In this document: positions 59,250 through 64,000 of the stretch, one piece after another | Numbering within the stretch: position 1 is the stretch's first letter | Layout of the letters: every line of letters begins with the position of its first letter | Origin: a virus | Taxonomy: Duplodnaviria > Heunggongvirae > Uroviricota > Caudoviricetes | Reading direction: 5' to 3' (one strand) | IMG/VR virus record: IMGVR_UViG_2681813421_000002 | Location: 1 to 64,000 of that record | DNA length: 64,000 nucleotides | Notes under the pieces: generated by a model | Told to the model about the DNA's origin: nothing | Seen by the model: only the letters and a program-made list of their open reading frames with translations | The model's database searches: none | Position numbers and translations under genes: made by a program

Positions 59250-59466
59250 TAATTAATTTCCTGGTTTTTTCACGAAAAAAGACTACTGCGAAAGCCGGGT
59301 AAATGAGCGCGAGAAGGACTCCCAACAATACAAGTATTGTGCTGTTAGATGAGATCATATTTGGCAAAAGCCAAACATACAGAACCAGTGACACAATCAA
59401 ACAGAGGACGGCATAAATATATAACCGCACCCATAGCGTTCGACATTTGTTCGGATTGTTCTGCAT
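59230..59466 (-). CDS. Small two-TM membrane protein, operon partner of SPFH lipoprotein
   Basis: 78 aa, two hydrophobic helices; overlaps SPFH start by 20 nt; GGAG RBS. Confidence 0.5.
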   Translation of the reverse strand: MQNNPNKCRTLWVRLYIYAVLCLIVSLVLYVWLLPNMISSNSTILVLLGVLLALIYPAFAVVFFREKTRKLINEKNVD

Positions 59467-59728
59467 CCTCTCACTCCATTATTTAACGAATAAAAAAGCT
59501 GCGGTGCCGGGTACCTCCCGGTGTCCTTTGGCTGGTTATCCACCGTGGACGGGGAAACAAGGAGAAATGAATGGACTGATATAACCATTTCCCCGCGTGC
59601 GCTTAGCCGCATTCACCGCAATGGTAAGAGCACTTGGCTGGCTGGGCGGCGATGACGCCTGTACGCATTTGGTGATCCGGTTCTGCTTCCGGCATTCGCT
59701 TAATTAGCCAAATACTCTTAACGTTGCA

Positions 59729-59815
59729 CTGGCGGAGAGTAATGGAATCGAACCATCATCGCTTGCGCAATGGGACGGTTTTCAAGACCGCTTGAGCACC
59801 ATGCTCCCTACTCTC
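59729..59815 (-). tRNA. tRNA-Ser (anticodon UGA)
   Basis: 87 nt, long variable arm, anticodon loop CUUGAAA, encoded CCA. Confidence 0.85.
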
Positions 59816-60188
59816 CCGTTATTGTGGCGACCGGTGCTGATCTCCGGCTTGCGGTTATTTCAGACTCTCACGGGCGTTTAATTGCCCCGCCGAACAGCTC
59901 TTTTCCGCAATAGCTGCAATGTCTTTCGCGCATCAGCCTGCGCATTCACCACAATGTTGAGAACACTGGTTGTCACGCTGCAACGCAACATTTATTCATA
60001 GATTGGGATATGACCCCGTTACGCCAGTGTTCTCAACGTTGTAGTGCCGGTTACGGTTCCGGCCAGGCCTCTTCCTCAACGGGGTGTTCTCCATACGGAC
60101 TACCGTTTATTGGTCGTTCCTGCGGTTTATGTTGTGAAGCCAGATGCTTATCTTCTGGTTGCTTCAAAGAGCTGCACTTCATCACAAC

Positions 60189-60262
60189 GGTAAGGGTACT
60201 TCGTAGGGATTCGAACCCTCTGCCAAGCACGGCGATCTCCGACGTCGCAAAATACCCTTACC
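60189..60262 (-). other. tRNA-like fragment (T-arm GGTTCGAATCC with 7-bp terminal pairing, no canonical D/anticodon arms)
   Basis: GGTAAGG...GAGGGTTCGAATCCCT...CCTTACC; fails cloverleaf, no CCA. Confidence 0.35.
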
Positions 60263-60270
60263 TGTTGTGT

Positions 60271-60347
60271 TGGTGCCGGTTAACGGACTCGAACCGCTGA
60301 CATCCTGCTTACAAGGCAGGCGCTCTACCAACTGAGCTAAACCGGCA
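60271..60347 (-). tRNA. tRNA-Thr (anticodon UGU)
   Basis: Cloverleaf with anticodon loop CUUGUAA and encoded CCA. Confidence 0.8.
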
Positions 60348-60348
60348 T

Positions 60349-60425
60349 TGGCGATGGTGGGTGGATTCGAACCACCGACCGACAGCTTAGAAGGCTGCTG
60401 CTCTATCCTACTGAGCTACACCATC
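60349..60425 (-). tRNA. tRNA-Arg (anticodon UCU, reads AGA)
   Basis: Anticodon loop CUUCUAA, T-loop GGTTCGAATCC, encoded CCA; 1 nt from tRNA-Thr. Confidence 0.85.
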
Positions 60426-60429
60426 ACTT

Positions 60430-61630
60430 GCCGGGTACGTCTCCGGCGAGGGCTTCCACCTCCGTATGCTTTTCGGCGCACCGCGCCCTGGCTGCAATTC
60501 GGTAACAGGGGATGCACAACCCTGGCTTCCAGCGTGATTAGCGCCTTCAGCATGACGGGATATACCCGTAGTAGGATGTTATCCCAGAAAGCCATTAATC
60601 AATGGCTGTTACGCGGGAGGGACGTAACAGGTAAGGGCGCTGACCAGAAAGACCTGACCCTTCTCATTCATCTGGTTAATCACACCAGCACCCTTGCCTG
60701 TTATGCCTCCCCGTTCCCTAATACACAGACGGGGACACTCTGCGGTCGATTTTTTGACGGGGGACGACTCATACCCCGTGGCGTCAGGCTTCTTAGGCCG
60801 CTACCATCATCAGATCATCGTTTGCATTTACTTTAATGGTCGGGTTCTAAACCGCCGCAAAGTCGCTAACCATGACGAAAACCCTAAAAAAGCCCACCCG
60901 AAGATGGGCAAATACGCTACATCTCACACAAGAAAGAAGCCGACTGCCTGAGCTGGATTCACTTTCAAATGCCCGCTGAAAGGGATCACAAGTCGGCTTC
61001 TTTCTTGATGCGGCACTCTCTCCGCCCGTCACCGCTCTGTCTCGGTTGTCGCGTTTGCCACGCCAGCCGTAACGAGGTTTAAAGTCTTTGCACGTTTCCA
61101 TCACTCGACTGCCGTCTGTGGCTGTTCGTTGCAGCGGGGGTGCCTCCCCCTGGGGATATCCCCGGCCTTACCCCATTCTTTCAAGACACAATGCAAGGCC
61201 ACATCCGCATAGGTGCATTACTGCAACATTAAGGAGACTCAGGGCAAAAGGTAACCGCCACAAAAATCCCTATGCCTCCTTAATGTTGAAGACGTGCATT
61301 GATGATTAGATGCAGCATGTACCGTTACTCTCTGCCGGACCATCATCAATGAACACCTTAAAAAGACCTTCCGTGGCTCAACATGTATTGTCGTTTACTC
61401 CGCAAAGTGCTCTCTCTGAAACCACTTTCCGCACTAAACCTGCTGAACTTTGGCCTGCACGGTGCCAAAGCGTGCTCTTGCGTTACTACACTTTTCTAAC
61501 ACTTTAATTTGTTAAATGCTGGTGGGCAAACAATAACCAATAAGTGACTATCAAGCCCAGCAAGCGAAACGTGGGTACCGCCCACCAGCAAGGAAAATTC
61601 TATGTTAAGTTACCTTCACAATCAATACAT
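60430..61630. other. About 1.2-kb ORF-free, GC-rich structured region (candidate large ncRNA or regulatory locus)
   Basis: No convincing ORF on either strand; 17-bp perfect inverted repeat CAAGAAAGAAGCCGACT...AGTCGGCTTCTTTCTTG at 60931-61009; many shorter hairpins. Confidence 0.3.
61493..61512 (+). promoter_or_regulatory. Operator-like motif CACTTTTCTAACACTTTAAT
   Basis: TCTAACA core. Confidence 0.45.
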
Positions 61631-61633
61631 TCG

Positions 61634-61656
61634 AATTGTGAATTTAGTTTTCTAAC
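61634..61656 (+). promoter_or_regulatory. Operator-like motif TTTAGTTTTCTAACATATTATTT
   Basis: Near-identical to sites at 40061 and 62892; at 3' end of 61660-62868 gene. Confidence 0.5.
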
Positions 61657-61659
61657 ATA

Positions 61660-62868
61660 TTATTTCCCGTAAAGATCTTCTACACCCCCATTCTTCTTAT
61701 CCCATTCGTTCGCCCATACCCGGCAAGCGTCAATGATTTCCTGACGACGATCTCCTTGCATGAACGGAATGCTTTCATGGAAACAGCTTGGAATGCAGGC
61801 CACACTGAATACAGTATCAAACTCCGTCTGCTTGATTGCCTCCAGCGTCTCCGGACGCATTTTTAATTCATCGATTGGCGCATCCTTAGAGTCCATAATC
61901 CGGCGATATAAGCGCGGAAAATCCGTCTCCAGGTACGCCATAATTTTATCTGCGAGACATTCGTCTATGTCGGTATTCCAGTCCTTTTCGAAGCCCGGCA
62001 GGCGATAGTAAAGCGGCGTTCCCCATACCGATGGGATCACATCCATCGTTAACAGGCGATTAGTTCTGATTTGTTGATGGTAATTAGCCGTCAGCAGTGC
62101 TTCGCCACGCTGCCCAGTTTCCGCAACCAGGCCGTGCGGATACTCATGGATGTAGGCAATGGCATCCCTTCCATCATACATAAGTGGAAATGTCTCTGGT
62201 CTTTGTCCCATGCCACAAGCACGGTTCAGATCGTGACCAAGCTGTGAGCACTCTCGCTTTAATGTTTCGATAATGCTCTGCGCTGTAGCCAACTTTTTAC
62301 GCAGTGTGACGCCTTCGCCTTGATAATCAATGCATTGCTGATTGAGCTTGGTTAAACGCTCTTTTAGTTCCCGGCGCTCTCTTTTCAGCGTGCGGTTATC
62401 CTTCTCCGCAACATCCAGCCGCTTTGTCAGGCTTGGCGGATAGTCTTTTTTGTAACGGTTCAAATCGGCTTCGGCAGATTTACGCAGTGTATTTGCCTGT
62501 TCAAGACGCGCTTCCAGATTGCCGATCTCATTACGCATATTCGCGGCAAATTGATTAACTGCATCACCCAGGCTTTCAACTGTCGCTGATACGCCTGTGA
62601 CTTGTGAAAAACGGATCAAGCCATCATTAACGGCTTGTTGGTATTCCTCAAACTGATCCACCAGCTTATTGTAATCAACTGCCCCATCATCAAGCAGCTT
62701 GTTGATTTCCGCCACCAGGTTATCTGTAGTGGCAATGACACTCTCGTGCAGTCGCTTTGACAGGTCATCACCCGGATTCCGTTTCTGTATAAGAGCGATT
62801 TGTGTGCGCAGCGTTTCAATTGCTGTCGAGATAATTTCCAGATTAGAAGTATCAGTGTGTTGACTCAT
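61660..62868 (-). CDS. Hypothetical coiled-coil protein, operator-flanked (early function candidate)
   Basis: 402 aa; N-terminal 200 aa heptad-rich, C-terminal globular part with Cys/His residues; operator motifs at both ends. Confidence 0.5.
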   Translation of the reverse strand: MSQHTDTSNLEIISTAIETLRTQIALIQKRNPGDDLSKRLHESVIATTDNLVAEINKLLDDGAVDYNKLVDQFEEYQQAVNDGLIRFSQVTGVSATVESLGDAVNQFAANMRNEIGNLEARLEQANTLRKSAEADLNRYKKDYPPSLTKRLDVAEKDNRTLKRERRELKERLTKLNQQCIDYQGEGVTLRKKLATAQSIIETLKRECSQLGHDLNRACGMGQRPETFPLMYDGRDAIAYIHEYPHGLVAETGQRGEALLTANYHQQIRTNRLLTMDVIPSVWGTPLYYRLPGFEKDWNTDIDECLADKIMAYLETDFPRLYRRIMDSKDAPIDELKMRPETLEAIKQTEFDTVFSVACIPSCFHESIPFMQGDRRQEIIDACRVWANEWDKKNGGVEDLYGK

Positions 62869-62891
62869 TGCTGTTCCCGTTACCTTGTTAA

Positions 62892-62913
62892 ATTAGTTTT
62901 CTAACATATTTTA
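62892..62913 (+). promoter_or_regulatory. Operator-like motif ATTAGTTTTCTAACATATTTTA
   Basis: In 5' leader of the 61660-62868 gene. Confidence 0.55.
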
Positions 62914-62947
62914 TTAGTTTGATGACGGTATCGGAAGATGCAATAAA

Positions 62948-62977
62948 CAAAAAACCCGCTAATTGGCGGGTTTTTAT
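62948..62977. terminator. Bidirectional Rho-independent terminator
   Basis: A-run, ACCCGC-taattg-GCGGGT hairpin, T-run. Confidence 0.7.
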
Positions 62978-62981
62978 GCAA

Positions 62982-63296
62982 TTACTGTGTTGCAGCCTGA
63001 TAAATAAGATACGCGATAAATACAGGTACGATGGCCCATTGCAGCAATGAAAGTAGCCTCATTACTGTTATTGGGGTAACTCCATCCACGTATTGTTTCT
63101 CTGACATTTTCCCTAACCAACTAACCGACAACAGTGCCGAGTTTTCACCCAATTCCAGCTCTCTGAGAGCTTCACGGATTAACGGCGCTGTCACAGCCTT
63201 AACCGGTGTGCTCAACGTGATACTCCGCGTCCTCCCCGCATCGTCAGCGAACGCCAGACTCACATAATATTTTTTGCTCAATGTACAAACTCCCAA
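62982..63296 (-). CDS. Small protein with C-terminal TM helix
   Basis: 104 aa ending in hydrophobic VPVFIAYLIYQAATQ; followed by terminator. Confidence 0.45.
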   Translation of the reverse strand: MGVCTLSKKYYVSLAFADDAGRTRSITLSTPVKAVTAPLIREALRELELGENSALLSVSWLGKMSEKQYVDGVTPITVMRLLSLLQWAIVPVFIAYLIYQAATQ

Positions 63297-63478
63297 TCAT
63301 CAGCGCTTGCACTTTCCGGGGTTATGTGAACCTTATCGCCAGTAACAATATTGCGAGCTTCAAAACTTCCATTGATACGTTTCGAGATCTCAATACATAG
63401 AGCCTGCTGCCATGAGCGACGACGAGCGATAGCATTAGTTCCTGCAGGGATAAGTTCTGCCACGTTAAGTAAACGCAA
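63278..63478 (-). CDS. Hypothetical small protein
   Basis: 66-aa ORF overlapping downstream gene by 19 nt. Confidence 0.35.
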   Translation of the reverse strand: MRLLNVAELIPAGTNAIARRRSWQQALCIEISKRINGSFEARNIVTGDKVHITPESASADDWEFVH

Positions 63479-63492
63479 AACGATTTCTCCGT

Positions 63493-63987
63493 TTAATCAA
63501 GACAAACATACTCCGTGATAGCTTTTATGGCTTCAGCGGCACTGCGCGCCTCAAAGCAGTAGTAACCGGCTTCAGTGAGGCGAGTCATCCAGACGAGTTG
63601 TTCGGGAGTCAGGCGATTTCTCCCATGTTTCATCTCAATGCGCATTCCGTGGTATCCCCCACAAGCAAGGTCTATAGAAAGATCGGGGTATCCCTTCTTT
63701 TGGCCCTCTGCCACCATTTTTATTGCCGTCCTTATGCCTCGCAGGCCACCGTTTGGAGTGGCGTGAGTATGCTCATACACATAACGCATATTGCGATACA
63801 ACCAGTCCAGGACGCGAACCTGCTCGTAATGCTCATGGTTCCTTTTGATTAGATCTGGGTTTTTCTCCAGTTCTCTAAGAGCTGCGGCATGTGGGGATGT
63901 TTCAGAATATTCACTGCGACGCCTTCTCTTTTGCGCTATTTTTCTAACACACTCATTGATAGTAAATATGCGAAATAATAACAACAA
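63493..63987 (-). CDS. VRR-NUC domain nuclease-like protein
   Basis: GYPDLSIDL...GMRIEMKHGRNRLTPEQLVWM resembles VRR-NUC PD-(D/E)xK core; true start probably internal, downstream of operator at 63937. Confidence 0.5.
   Translation of the reverse strand: MLLLFRIFTINECVRKIAQKRRRRSEYSETSPHAAALRELEKNPDLIKRNHEHYEQVRVLDWLYRNMRYVYEHTHATPNGGLRGIRTAIKMVAEGQKKGYPDLSIDLACGGYHGMRIEMKHGRNRLTPEQLVWMTRLTEAGYYCFEARSAAEAIKAITEYVCLD
63937..63954 (+). promoter_or_regulatory. Operator-like motif TATTTTTCTAACACACTC
   Basis: TCTAACA core near 5' end of VRR-NUC ORF. Confidence 0.4.
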
Positions 63988-64000
63988 CGTTAGATTTGTA

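Noticed and set aside
60189-60262. A fifth complete tRNA gene
   Set aside because: Has T-arm and a 7-bp terminal helix but no canonical D or anticodon arm and no CCA; kept only as tRNA-like fragment.
60348-60836. 162-aa plus-strand ORF
   Set aside because: Overlaps the tRNA-Arg and tRNA-Thr genes on the opposite strand and continues into hairpin-rich GC DNA; no RBS; implausible composition.
1-64000. Insertion sequences or transposons
   Set aside because: No transposase-like ORF or terminal inverted repeats bounding a transposase were seen; the long inverted repeats at 59951-60041 and 60931-61009 do not flank coding sequence.

Overview
This 64-kb window reads as most of a P1-like temperate phage-plasmid from an enterobacterium, with a mosaic, non-P1 gene order. 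All calls are from reading the sequence and recalled protein families; no searches were run. P1 hallmarks present: phd-doc addiction module, hot and humD behind a LexA box, a Cre-like recombinase with a 13-8-13 lox-like site, lpa-pacA-pacB with a GATC-rich candidate pac site, a fused Dcm-Dam methyltransferase, an RdgC homologue, Ppp phosphatase, a Ref-like HNH protein, an immI-like icd/antirepressor locus and a tRNA cluster. Departures from P1: a Rep_3-type iteron replicon sits inside the tail module; partition is by ParMRC plus a ParA/ParG pair; an E. coli-like glnS with its own promoter is embedded between the partition genes and dmt; the baseplate module is split. The most interesting candidates are (1) a conserved TCTAACA-core motif upstream of at least 12 operons, likely a C1-like operator regulon; (2) an operator-controlled operon with a terminase-ATPase paralogue lacking the Walker lysine and catalytic glutamate, a DUF2829/Tad2-like protein and dUTPase; (3) an accessory island with HigBA, an amber-interrupted orphan antitoxin, an AT-rich membrane protein, a SWIM-finger pair and a small toxin-like ORF; (4) the captured glnS; (5) a tRNA island with about 2.5 kb of ORF-free structured DNA. 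Structural-protein assignments are tentative.
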